A stretch of DNA of 64,000 bases. Source: Oikopleura dioica (taxonomy: Eukaryota > Animalia > Chordata). How positions within the stretch are numbered: position 1 is the stretch's first letter; the number at the start of each line of letters is the position of its first letter. Below are positions 36,001 to 46,777 of the stretch, piece after piece. Location of the stretch: contig OU015567.1 in assembly GCA_907165135.1 (NCBI GenBank), positions 930,001-994,000 of the forward strand, written 5' to 3'. Below the pieces are notes generated by a model. The model saw nothing but the letters and a program-made list of their open reading frames with translations. It was not told the origin of the DNA and ran no database searches. The translations under genes were made by a program, and so were the position numbers.

Positions 36001-39000
36001 CTAGAAATCAGGCTCAAAAAGATCGAACGCGAGTTGAGCGAGAAAACCGACCGCGGGACGGATCGTCTTTGGCGCCATCTCTCGAATCTTGAAGAGCAGA
36101 TTACACGACGCCATGGCGAAAATGACGAGCGACTCAGCAAACTTGAAGCGATTCCGAACACGGATTCTAGAGAAAACGCTTCGGAAATCTCCGTCGCTAC
36201 CACTTCCGAAAGCTCTCTAACTGAAAACAAGAACAGCCAATTATGGAAGGAAATCGGAAGTCTGAAGGCAAAAATGTCCGAAATTATAGGTCGCGATTTG
36301 CTGGATTTGAAGAAAAAGCTGAATACTTCCGCTCAACGGGCTGATGTTAGAAGAATTATTCTTGACATCGAAAATCTCAAGGTTGATTCTTTGTCGCCAA
36401 TGGAGGAGAAGATCAAAAACCTGGAGAAGGAAATATCCGATTTGCCGAAAATCAACCCATCTGATCTAACCGCGAAAAAGCAGATCCCAATAGGGGCTCC
36501 AAAAGTTTCAGGGCTGGGCTCGGCAAACTGTTTGGAAAACCTGAGTCAGGGTCGAAAGATCTCTTATGAATTTAATAGCAGATAGGACAGGTCATTATTA
36601 AAAGCCGCTTCGCGGCTTAATTTTCAAAAAAGCCGCTACGCGGCTTTTCACAAGAGAGTTTTTAGACCCTGACTCAGGTTTTCGACACAGGTTGCTGAGC
36701 CCTTTTCAGTCATTTCCGACAGCAATCGCGAAGAATGGGAAAGAACCTTGATCACCAAAGATGATATGAAGGAATTCGAAGAGAAGCTGAACAAGTTCAG
36801 GGATTATTGGGTCGCGGAGAGCTCGAAATATGCGAAAATCGGAATGCTGGAGATATTTACTGACGATTTGAGCGGACTGAAGGCGCAGGTGGATGATCTG
36901 CTCGTGAATGAGAGGGGAACGGTGAAGGCGCTCGAGGATCGAATGGAAATTCTTGCTGAAGATTTGGAAGAAAATATGACCAACGCTAGAACTGAAGGTA
37001 TACTTTCCGCTTACTTCTTTATTTCAACGATTTTTCTAGATCGCAACTACATCGAGCGCCAATTAAAGACCATCGAAGTCAACGGCGTCGCTGCCCATGT
37101 CATGGAAGATCTTGCCAGCCTCCAGCACGTCGTCTCTAGAATTTCCGCCCAGCTTGAAATGCTCAAGGATACTGACGCCTCGCTCACAGAGACTCCTACA
37201 GTTTCCGAGCAAACACCTACTCCTTATTCGGAAGAACAAAGCGCTGAAACCTCTGAAACAGCTTCCACAGTGACTCAAACTGTCAGCCTTCCCAAAGTGC
37301 CGATCGTCCATGCAATCAACAAGGAAGCAGTTATTGCCGAAGTCAAAGCATTCGTCGAAGGAAAACTGAAATACTTCAACCCCGAAAATGGCTCCCAAAA
37401 TGAAGGGTTGCTGAAAATGGTTCGCGAACGAGTCAGTCGATTGGAAGATGAAGTCGCCTTGGCTCGAAAAGAGGATCAAACAAACTGCGACAACTTGAAG
37501 CGTCAAATTTTCGCTCTCCGAGATGACCTGGAAAATCGAAAGCCAGAATTTGCCCTCCCTTCGGTTTCTTCTCAAAAAGCACCGGAACTCGCGCCGATAA
37601 AGGAGAAACTCGCAGCTATCGAAGAAAACAACGCGGTTCTTGAGAAATCGATTCTTTCGCTAGTCACAAAAATGGATTCCAAGATCGACGGGATCGACAA
37701 CAAGTGCGAACGAACTGTCAAGTCTCAAATGGCGCTCGAAGAACATGTGGATAATCTAGAAGACAGAGTTACGGAAAATCAACATGGAGTGACCTCCGTG
37801 TCTACTCCCAGCATCCCACCTGCGTTTTTCGACCTTTCACCTGAAATCTTCGATGATAAGCTGGAACTGCTCACTGATAAGGTCAAGGAGCTCATGTCCG
37901 ACAAGAAGATTCTCTCCGACCGTCTTGATATCGTCGAAGAAGAGCTAGAAACGAACGACCGATTTTTGATCGAATCAATTTCCGCCGAAAAAGCACAAGA
38001 AATTGCCAAAAGAATTGCTCAAAGCGAATCGAAAAAGCTCGAAGAAGAACTGAAATCGATTCATGAAAAGTTTCAAAACTTGAAAATTGATTCAACTAAA
38101 CAAGAGCCGGAGTTGAAGAGAAATGAATCGGAAGAGATTCCGAAGTTTATCAAGAGTGTTTCGATGGGTGAAATTGGTGGTACTGGCAATTTGGATTACG
38201 AAAAGTTGATTGACGAAGTGAAGGAAATTGCCGAAAAAGGTACTGCCAATAACGTATTAAAGAATAAGACTGAGACTAGAAAAGTTGTCGAGAATTAGGG
38301 AACCATAATTTTTTTCTTTCATAAAGAAGTAAATATATTTTTAATGTATACAATCGCGAACATTAAGCTAAAACGTCGTCATAAAAGTGGATGCCATCAG
38401 GAGCAGTAGCTAGACACATCTTTTTTAAATTTTAACAACTAACCCCTAGTCTATTCAGCAACAAAAGACCTGACCTTCCACGACGAGATGTTCGACTTGG
38501 TACAGAAACGTCTTCAAGCTCTAGAAACCCACATTTCCGAGCTCCCCTTGGCCCCTGAATCTTCCCCAACTCAAGCATCTCCCTCATCGGAAGCTCTATC
38601 GTCTCTAGAAGAAAAACTCGGAGACCTAGAAAAGTCCACATCGCAAAATTCCAAGAAATCCGAAAAGATGTCAAAAGAACTCGATGATCTCCGCTCCAAA
38701 TTAAAGAAGAACAACAATTCGCTGACGAGAAAACTCGGAGACGTCGAGGATGAAATTCTGTCAGAACTGGCAAAGACGAAAATTCTCGTCGAATCGGCAA
38801 AAACTCACAAAGAAGTTCAGCGATCATTCGATCAAGTCGGCGCGATGGATCTGCCGAAAATGGCACCCGATGTAAAAACGGGATCGCCGATCAGCATGCA
38901 GGAGAGCTTCAAGCTCAGAAACCAAATTCAGGACATGTGGAAATCGTTGCGACTCGATATTGCCCATCGAACGGCGAATTTGGAAAAATTGTCCAAAAGT

Positions 39001-39762
39001 GAGCTTCTCAATATGCGCGAAAACTTGAGGCAGGAAAGAAAGAGAACGACGAAAGAAATCACAGAGGTAAGAGACCAAAAAAGCGCTAGAATTGAACGAT
39101 TTCAAGGTCGCTGAAATCCTCGAAGGAGTCGAGAAACAAGTGAACTTCCAACGAATCGACTTTGAAAAAGAAAAAGCGAAAGAAACCGCCCGAAGATCGA
39201 TGGAAATGCAAAAAGTGCAGAACCAAATTCGCGATTCTGAGAAACGCGTAAGTCCTCCTTGATCTCAAAAAGTTCTCATCGAAATTCTAGATGAGATGCA
39301 CAACAGATGCCATCGCAAATCTCGTGACAGAAATAAGAGATGAACAAGCTGATGATCGAATTTACATGCGAGCTGAGCTCAAACAGGTTTCCACCAAATT
39401 CAGGCCCTTTTCAACAAAAATTCTAGAGCCAAACAGAAGTTCGGCGCCAGGCAATGGCGTTCGAACGCATTCACGGTCGCCAGAATCGCTGTGAAAACGA
39501 CATGACCGACATGAACTCGAAAATAAAAGACCTTTCAAGATCATTTGTAAATATGGCGACGGATTCTAGAGCAACGATTACCAATTCCTTCGTCAAGCCG
39601 TCTGAATCAAGGTGACTTTCTTCTCTCCTTTCTTCTCCCTGAATGAATTTTTCTAGGTCCGAATTATCAACAAGAGCTGAAAACAGTGGACTCCTCAACT
39701 ACCGCTCCTCATTTACCGAATTTTCAACCGACCGGCTTTCTGAAAATTCTAGCAATGCGTGA
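30009..39762 (+). CDS. Very large coiled-coil protein of unknown family (may be two genes split near 33.6-34.1 kb)
   Basis: Heptad-rich exons at ~30777-30876, 32618-32840, 34083-35380, 35532-36511, 36710-36997, 37040-~38250 and ~38460-39066, plus four short 3' exons; stop 39760-39762, AATAAA at ~39789. Confidence 0.65.
30912..31131. mobile_element. GGGCTC-family MITE, left TIR truncated, intronic
   Basis: AAAACCTGAGTCAGGG ... CCCTGAGTCAGGTCTTCAACACAGGTTTCCGAGTCC; four AAGCCGC/GCGGCTT hairpins. Confidence 0.75.
32214..32442. mobile_element. TTAA MITE, purine termini (Kolobok-like)
   Basis: TTAA 32210-32213 and 32443-32446; TIR G(A/G)ACCCCCGTCAGCTTTTT. Confidence 0.85.
33931..34065. repeat. 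(TATAA)27 microsatellite
   Basis: Perfect pentamer run ending ~15 nt before the acceptor at 34082. Confidence 0.97.
36516..36702. mobile_element. GGGCTC-family MITE forming an intron of the coiled-coil gene
   Basis: GGGCTCGGCAAACTGT...ACAGGTTGCTGAGCCC; flanks GTTTCAGGGCT / TTTTCAGTCAT (7/11). Confidence 0.85.
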
Positions 39763-40058
39763 ACTGCTTCATTTTCTTCTACCGTGAAAATAAACTAACA
39801 ACTAATCAATCATTTATTTGAACTTTTTCTTCTTGAAACACCGTGTTCGCTTCTTTGCTTTTGGTCAAAACGAGGTCCCGAATCACGCGGAGACGGAAAG
39901 AGTGGAAGAGTGAGAAGTTTACAACCTGCGCGGCGTAGCATATTGGCTGAATGTGACCAGCTTTGCCCGCGGCGCCTCGTTGCGCGATCACTTCTACGTT
40001 CGGGGCAATCTCGGCCCATTTCGAACAACACTTAGAGAAATACATATTGAAAGAAAAA

Positions 40059-43000
40059 ATGATCGGAGACGAGCAAACTAAGAATTTCGATGAATTGATT
40101 GAACATGAGGATGTTTTGGGAGATGAAAATGAAGTAAAGAAAGAGTCTTTATTTATTCTCTATCATAATTCGAGATAACGTTCGTAACTTTAGTTTTTTC
40201 TTATTAAGGACCCCCCGTCAACAATTTTTTCTGAAAAAATCGAAAATTTCAAAATAGCCATATTTTGGTTTCTCAGTCTGCCTGGAAGTTTAATACATAA
40301 TAGAAACTTGTTCGGAGCACTTTTTGACGAATAAAAATCTAAAATTTAAGAATTATTAGGTCATTTTCGTCATTTTTCGGTGAAAAGTCCGATTCTCAAA
40401 CGCGATTTTGAGGGTGTTAGAGTCGAGATAGACCCCCAAAAAATGGAGCCTCAAAATCGTTTTTAAAAATCGTTTTAAAATCCATTTCCGGGGTCAAAAT
40501 TTTGAAATTCCGAAAATTGATTTTTCGAAAAGTGTTGACGGGGAGGGGGGGGTCCTTAACGCCGGAACGCATGAAATAGATTTTTCCCGGAACGCATATC
40601 GACCCATTTTTGGGTGAGAGCCCGTAGACCCGTTTTCTTGTTTACATCAACCAATATTTTATCATAAATATGATCTTCAGACCCCGAACTACAATAAATT
40701 ATTAGATACATGAAATATCTCTCATGTGTTGTTTTAACACTAGAAAATGACGATGTTTGAAGCCATATTTCAGCGCCTTACCCAGAAATGGGTCGATATG
40801 CGTTCCGGCGTTAATTTTATCAATATAATCCAATGAATATTATTCAAGAATTTCTTGTTTGAAGATGCGAACAGAAGTATTAATTATTCACACAATAAAT
40901 ATAAGCAAAAAAATAAATTTCTACGATTGAAATCTCAATTATGGTTTCGAAAATTTTCGATAATATATTGTCAATTTACTCTTTATATATAAACATGAAT
41001 AAAATCTCCGGAAAAGGTCGAAGTAAAAGAAGAAACAAAGTCGCCAACTCCCGAAACAGCCAAAACTGACGTCCAGATTTACCAAGAAAAGCTGATCCGT
41101 CTGGAGCGTCACTTTTCCGAAAAGGTCAAAAAGCTGCAGTCGAAGATCAGCGAGTTCATTCCCGAAATACTGAAGACGCAGTTGGACGACTTGCTTCTCA
41201 AATTCCACAACGAGATCTCAGAAGAGTTTCAAAAGCTTAAAAATCCGATTTCAGGCGACATGGCGCCGCCGGCTACTCCGACTCCCACAACGCCATCTCC
41301 CAAATTGGGTAAGCCCAGTTAGTTTGTAAATAGAAACAGCTTCCAAAATTAAATCAGTGCGATGATTCTTTTTTATTTGCCGTTTGAGATAAATATACTT
41401 TCATTGTTGGAATTATCTTCTTCGTGTTCCTCGTGAACTGATTTCAGATGGCTACGGTACTATTTTTGCCTTATGAAAATAGAACAAAAAGAAAAAATGA
41501 ATCCTAGTTAGGTTAAACTCTAGAAATTAGTTTGAGAGGGGAGAGCACTTGTTGGGGCATCTCTTAGCCAATCAAAAGCCTGTATTTTCTCAATTGACCA
41601 ATAATTGACCAGCTCCCCTTTCAAAGAAAGATACTCTTGTCCCTCCTGTATAAAATGGCTCCGAAGATAGTGGCCCTCCTTAAAATCAGTAAAAATAAAA
41701 TTTCAAAGGCATTCCTTTCGAATAAATCGGATAATAACCCGATCGCATTGCGCTTCCATTTCTTCAAAGTCCATTTCATAATCCCTCTTTATTCGCATGA
41801 TTATTTGTCCTAAACAGATTCAATCAAAATATCCTCGTTCGTTTTCGAGCTCTCTTACTTGACATACACATCTTGTAAAGCTCCTGAAGATTGTAAATCG
41901 TAAACGAGCTGCTGAATAAAAAGAAAGAAAAAGCAAGAAAACACGCATCGTTTGAACTTCTTTCTTTTTTTTTCTGATTTTAATTAATTTGGACTTGAAA
42001 TCTCGGCTAGTCGAATGATGCATTTTTTATTTTGTGGATGGATATGAATTTCGATTATCTCTCACACTTTTGCGTAAATTTTTAAATCTGTGAATAATGT
42101 TGGCACTCAGCCTCTCTTAAAAACTCACCGTAGCAACAAGTTCAGTTGAGACCGCAACCATCGCCGCTGAAGTACCGATCCTCACCGCTCCGACGCTCGT
42201 CTGTCCCACCATCCAAGCTGCTCCGATCATTCAGCAAATCCTTCCAACAGCATCGGCGATCAACGCTAGTCAGCAAAAAGTGGTGATTCCCCCGCCCCAA
42301 GTCGAAAAAATCATCGTCAACGGACAGGCCGGGCTCGGCAATCTCCGTAAAAAACCTGAGATACAGTCAAAAAGTCTTGTATGAAAAGCCGCATAGCGTC
42401 TTTCTTAAAAGAAAAGCCGCGAAGCGGCTTCGCCAAAAATCAGTTCAATTCAATTTTGGCAAAGCCGCTTCGCGGCTATATTTTTTGAAAAAGCCGCTAC
42501 GCGGCTTTTTAGTCAAGACTTTTGGCCCCTGGCTAAAGTTGGTGAGCCCAGTTGATAGGAAACAAATGTTGTTGTCCAGCCAAATGCTGTTCTCGTCCCT
42601 AAAGACACAAAAGTCCTTAGCGTACCGAAAGATGCTAAGGTCGTGGAGCCCGTTATGGCAACTTTGATAAGAAAGCGCGATCCAAAAGGTGGAGGCAAGA
42701 TTACGAAAATTTCGAATGCAAAGGTGGCGCAAGTAAAAGTTGTGCCGATAAGAAAAAGTGCTCGAATCCCGAAGCCAAGGGATGATACTGAACAAGAAAA
42801 GACAGGTAGAATATATTTTCGCCAAGAGAATGACCAGTAGATGTTTAAATTCTTTTTCTATTGTAGAGGATGAAATAGCCTACTAATCAAAAATAAGGAG
42901 AGATAAGCACCCCGGAAAGAAGTAACCCTGAGCCGCCAAAACTTGACCTGCCACCGGAAGAAAGTACCTTCGAAGTCGATTATGACTGTAAGTAAAAAGT

Positions 43001-43709
43001 CGCCGGAACAGAGAATCAAATTCTAGATTGGACTTACGAACGAGTAAACAAGGAATACGAACGCGTCTCAAAACTCGCCGATGATGACGATTTCGACTGT
43101 TTGATTTGCAGAAGAAGTTTTTCAACAAAAGCCTATCTCAAATCGCATCTTCGGGCTCACAGAGCCCCTCTCAAGTAGGCACTAGAAAATCATCTCTCCG
43201 TCAATCAATCAAACCATAGGTGCAAGATTTGCAAGGCAGAATTTCGATTGCAAACGAAACTCGAGAAGCACGAGTTGACCCACCGATCGGATGACAAGCA
43301 AATGTGCGAAGTCGCCGGGTGTGGCGAGATTTTTGATACAAAGAAGCAGCTAAATGAGCACAAGAAGAAACACAAGCCAAAGTGGGCCTGTAACATTTGC
43401 GGAAAACTTCTTGCTACTGAAAAGGTACCTTTCATTTCCGATTCGATACCTCCTTAATGATTCAAGTCACGTGACGAGCACAAAGTCACCTTCCACCTCG
43501 GCGGCTCCTCCCACAAATGCGATACTTGCGGCAAAGCATTCTCCAACCGGTCAACCCTCAACCGCCATAAACTCCTTCATTCGGTAGAATTTCGAAAGCC
43601 CTACCCATGCAATATCTGCAAGCGCGCTTTTATCGACCTCAAAACGCTCAAAAATCATGAAAAAACCTGTGCTAAGCATTTTTTCTCTGTCATCAAAGTC
43701 GACAAATAG
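40059..43709 (+). CDS. C2H2 zinc-finger protein (about six fingers) with Pro/Thr-rich N-terminal region
   Basis: CLICRRSFSTKAYLKSHLRAH, CKICKAEFRLQTKLEKHELTH, CEVAGCGEIF...HKKKH, CNICGKLL, CDTCGKAFSNRSTLNRHKLLH, CNICKRAF...HEKTC. The 5' exons are tentative. Confidence 0.85.
40208..40555. mobile_element. ~350-bp TTAA MITE, GG termini (Kolobok-like)
   Basis: TTAA 40204-40207 and 40556-40559; collinear with 27742-28082. Confidence 0.88.
40560..40810. mobile_element. TTAA-flanked MITE with C termini (piggyBac-like)
   Basis: CGCCGGAACGCAT...ATGCGTTCCGGCG between TTAA 40556-40559 and 40811-40814; inner CCGGAACGCATATCGACCCATTT also inverted. Confidence 0.75.
42331..42549. mobile_element. GGGCTC-family MITE (older copy) forming an intron of the zinc-finger gene
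   Basis: GGGCTC...GAGCCC ends, four hairpin motifs; flanks AACGGACAGGCC / AGTTGATAGGAA. Confidence 0.75.
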
Positions 43710-43998
43710 TCACTCAATAAAATCCCCTATAAAAAAATTTTGGTGATGATGGTCCTTTGCCGCGTCAAAAATCAGCTCTAGAAAATCTTTAATGTCAAAC
43801 AATCAACTCAATTATGTCCCGCGATATTCATGAAATTTCGCAGCTTGATCTAATCCCGATATAATCCGACCTTATCCGAAAGCCTGTGGTAACAGTGGCC
43901 CCCTTAGGCACCGCTAAGATAACAAGATTACTATCTGAGGAGAAGGGATGACTTTTGAAACTGTCCATTTTGAAAATTCCATTTTCAAATTTCAAAAA

Positions 43999-45150
43999 AT
44001 GGAGAGAAAAATTGTCGTTTTCGCCGCTTTTATTTTGCCGATTTATATTTTTGTCGCTTATCGCTCAATTGACAAAATTGGCGATTTGGCGGAAAATCTT
44101 GAAATCAACGAAGAGAACCAGAAGAACGAATTATACGACTGTTCTAGAGATGTGAAAGTCGGAGAAGAGGGCCAGTTCAATTTTATATTGATTTTGTCAG
44201 TGAAGGGATCGGGTAATACTTGGACGAAACAGCTGTTTCAGTCGCTCACGGGTTTTTATGCTGGAGGAATGTATCATGAAATACCAGAGTCGTTGGACAC
44301 GGATGAACTGTATGAAAACTCAAGCTTTCCTGGTGAACACTTTCTTCCTGAATCTGGACGCGTTCTGGGTAAGTTTGATTAGGGGCCAATATCTGTCTTG
44401 GCTCAGCAACCTGTGGAGAAAGCCTGACTCAGGGTTTTGCTTGAATAAAGCGGCTATTCATCGATACTTTCTTCGGACCATGAGTCAGGATTTTCACATA
44501 GGTAGCTCCGGCTAGATTTTTGTTAACCATTCAAATCGTAGGTATAAAATCACACAACACACATCATGTTTCCCGATGCCACGCAGCTGTCCTCGTGATT
44601 CGAAACCCTTACGACACGCTCAAAGCCGAATTCAACCGCCGCATCTCTCAAATGAAAACTGGCAATGGTCAAGCTGCCCATACAGACACCATTGACCCGG
44701 AATATTTTCGCTCTGATAAATGGCGAAGATACGTTCGAGGAACGTCGAAGACTTGGAGTAATTTTTATAAAGGAGCGATTACTGGATTGAAAAATCAAGG
44801 AAAGGGCTTTCATCTCCTCTTCCACGACTTGTTGAAAACGCAGAAAGTAGAAGAAATGCGAAAATTGTACGATTTTCTCGAAGAAGAAGCATCAGAGGAT
44901 TTCAAAGTCGACAATGTTGAAGAACGATTGAATTGCATCGAGAATCAAAAATTAGACAAATACAAAAGAAAGAATCAAGAGTTCGACTTTGATCTGTTTC
45001 TTCCAGGTTTGGCAGGATTAAAAATTCAAAAATGAGTGAACTCTAGATGAGATTAAAGCGATCAACGAGTTGGTTGAAGGATACAAAGAGTTTTTCAAAA
45101 ACAACAGCATCGAATTTCCGGAAGAAACTGTACATAATTGGCTAAAATGA
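43999..45150 (+). CDS. WSCD-type sulfotransferase paralog 2 (type II membrane, no WSC domain)
   Basis: N-terminal anchor IVVFAAFILPIYIFVAY; SVKGSGNTWTKQLFQSLTGFYAGG; IKSH; VIRNPYDTLKAEFNRR. Confidence 0.8.
44399..44513. mobile_element. Degenerate GGGCTC-family MITE inside a pre-existing GT-AG intron
   Basis: GGCTCAGCAACCTGTG...GAGTCAGGATTTTCACATAGG; the paralog has a ~41-bp intron at the same position. Confidence 0.65.
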
Positions 45151-45235
45151 AGTAAAACATGGCCCTTATAGTCTAGAAGTTATAGATAAGAGAATCTGCG
45201 TGCTAAATTTCCATTTTTTCTCATACAAATTAACA

Positions 45236-45426
45236 AAATGTAGGAGTTTATTGCAGTTTGCTGAACGTTTTCGGTCGGTGACCCATCATCAGAGCTTCTT
45301 TGTAAGACTGCAGAATTCAGCACAAAGTTTTGAGTCTTACCAAACAGTTCTGCAGTCTTACAAAAAGCTCTGATGATGGTCTACCGACCGAAAACGTTCA
45401 GCAAACTGCAGTAAACTCCTACATTT
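45236..45426. mobile_element. Near-perfect 191-bp palindromic element
   Basis: AAATGTAGGAGTTTA(T/C)TGCAGTTTGCTGAACGTTTTCGGTCGGT arms continuing for ~85 bp. Confidence 0.85.
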
Positions 45427-46207
45427 ATTTATACCGTATAAATCGTCGATGTCAATTATCAATCACGAAATTAACAAAGGTTTAATACTCTTTTCACAAT
45501 TTTTCTAAACAAAAAGATGAAAAACAGAAGAGACCCGACATCATTATGGTTTCTTTGAAAATATTCCTCAAGAGAAAGAGAAAAGTGTTACACGCTACAG
45601 TAGCGATCAAGTTCACATTGTAATTTGCAATCAACGAGGAAAAATGTTTTATTCGACTGCAAGGCCCGCCTCTTGTATTTTTGATGAAATGATATTGATT
45701 TGAATCAACTCAAATAACTGAGCAAAACTACTGAGCAAGTTCGAACTCCCCTGAGGCGAGTGCGCGCATGAATCTCCGATATCTTTGTCCTCCTTCATTC
45801 TGACAGGATGATTGGCGTTACAATTAAAAAACCTCCTAAATCATTCATCGCTTTCTGCCTCCGATCATCTGACGAGGGATCATCCCTTTCTCGGAACAGA
45901 GAAAGAGCCTTTTTCAAATTGCCGGAAAATAATTAGCCCCGCTGTCCCATTCTCTTTTTTTCATCCATTATTATTCAATAGTAGCGAAAAATGACAAACG
46001 ACGAATAAATCGGGAAATATGGTAAGAACAGGAGCAAGAGGATTGAAAAAATGAGATTTTTTCGTTCAGAGATGTCCTCATTTGTGAATATTTCAAATGC
46101 CTTGAGAAGAGATACGGAGAAGAATGTCCCTGAAAGCATTGTTTATGTCCTATCATCAGGTACTCCCACCTTTACTTTGAATTCTGCGGTCCTTAATTGA
46201 TTTTTAA

Positions 46208-46266
46208 GGGGTTCCCCAACGAATTTTCCGAAATGGGCGATTTTTGCAAAATCGTTGGGGATCCCC
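46208..46266. mobile_element. 59-bp minimal TTAA element
   Basis: TTAA-GGGGTTCCCCAACGA...TCGTTGGGGATCCCC-TTAA (14/15). Confidence 0.75.
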
Positions 46267-46777
46267 TTAAGTTTCAAAGTAAGGGCGCCTTAATTTCAAA
46301 TTATATACCCTTAAATCTCTTATAAGGTTAAGGGTCAATCGAGCAGGATAACTGATGCTAATGTGGCATGAGCATGTCATCTGATGACATTATATCATCC
46401 TACTTATACCTTACACTGTTCTATTCTCTTCCCCCTGGTGAAGAGTAATGCCCAGACATGCATTAGCAAATGCATATGACAGTGAGCAAGTAATATCATT
46501 TCACGCCCTATCTATAGCTCATTGTACCAATATCGAGTAGAAAAAGGTGGAACAAGGGTTTAAATCGACCTTTTTTGCGAAAACCTAGTACAGTCAGAAA
46601 CACTGAAAGTGATCAAAATTGATTTTAAAGATTCACTTTTTTGACAAAAACGATTAGTAAATAAGAAATGAGACTTGTTAGAGAAATTGACACTCATATG
46701 GCCAAAGGAACAAGTTTGAAAGAGAAGCTAAATCGCTAAGTAAATTTTGCTAACCAAAATTTTTTGATGGGTTTTAA

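Noticed and set aside
36998-37039. Hydrophobic segment ILSAYFFISTIFL as a transmembrane helix
   Set aside because: It is a stop-free 42-bp GT-AG intron read through by the ORF finder; the similar segment near 59650-59700 in the EGF gene is probably the same.
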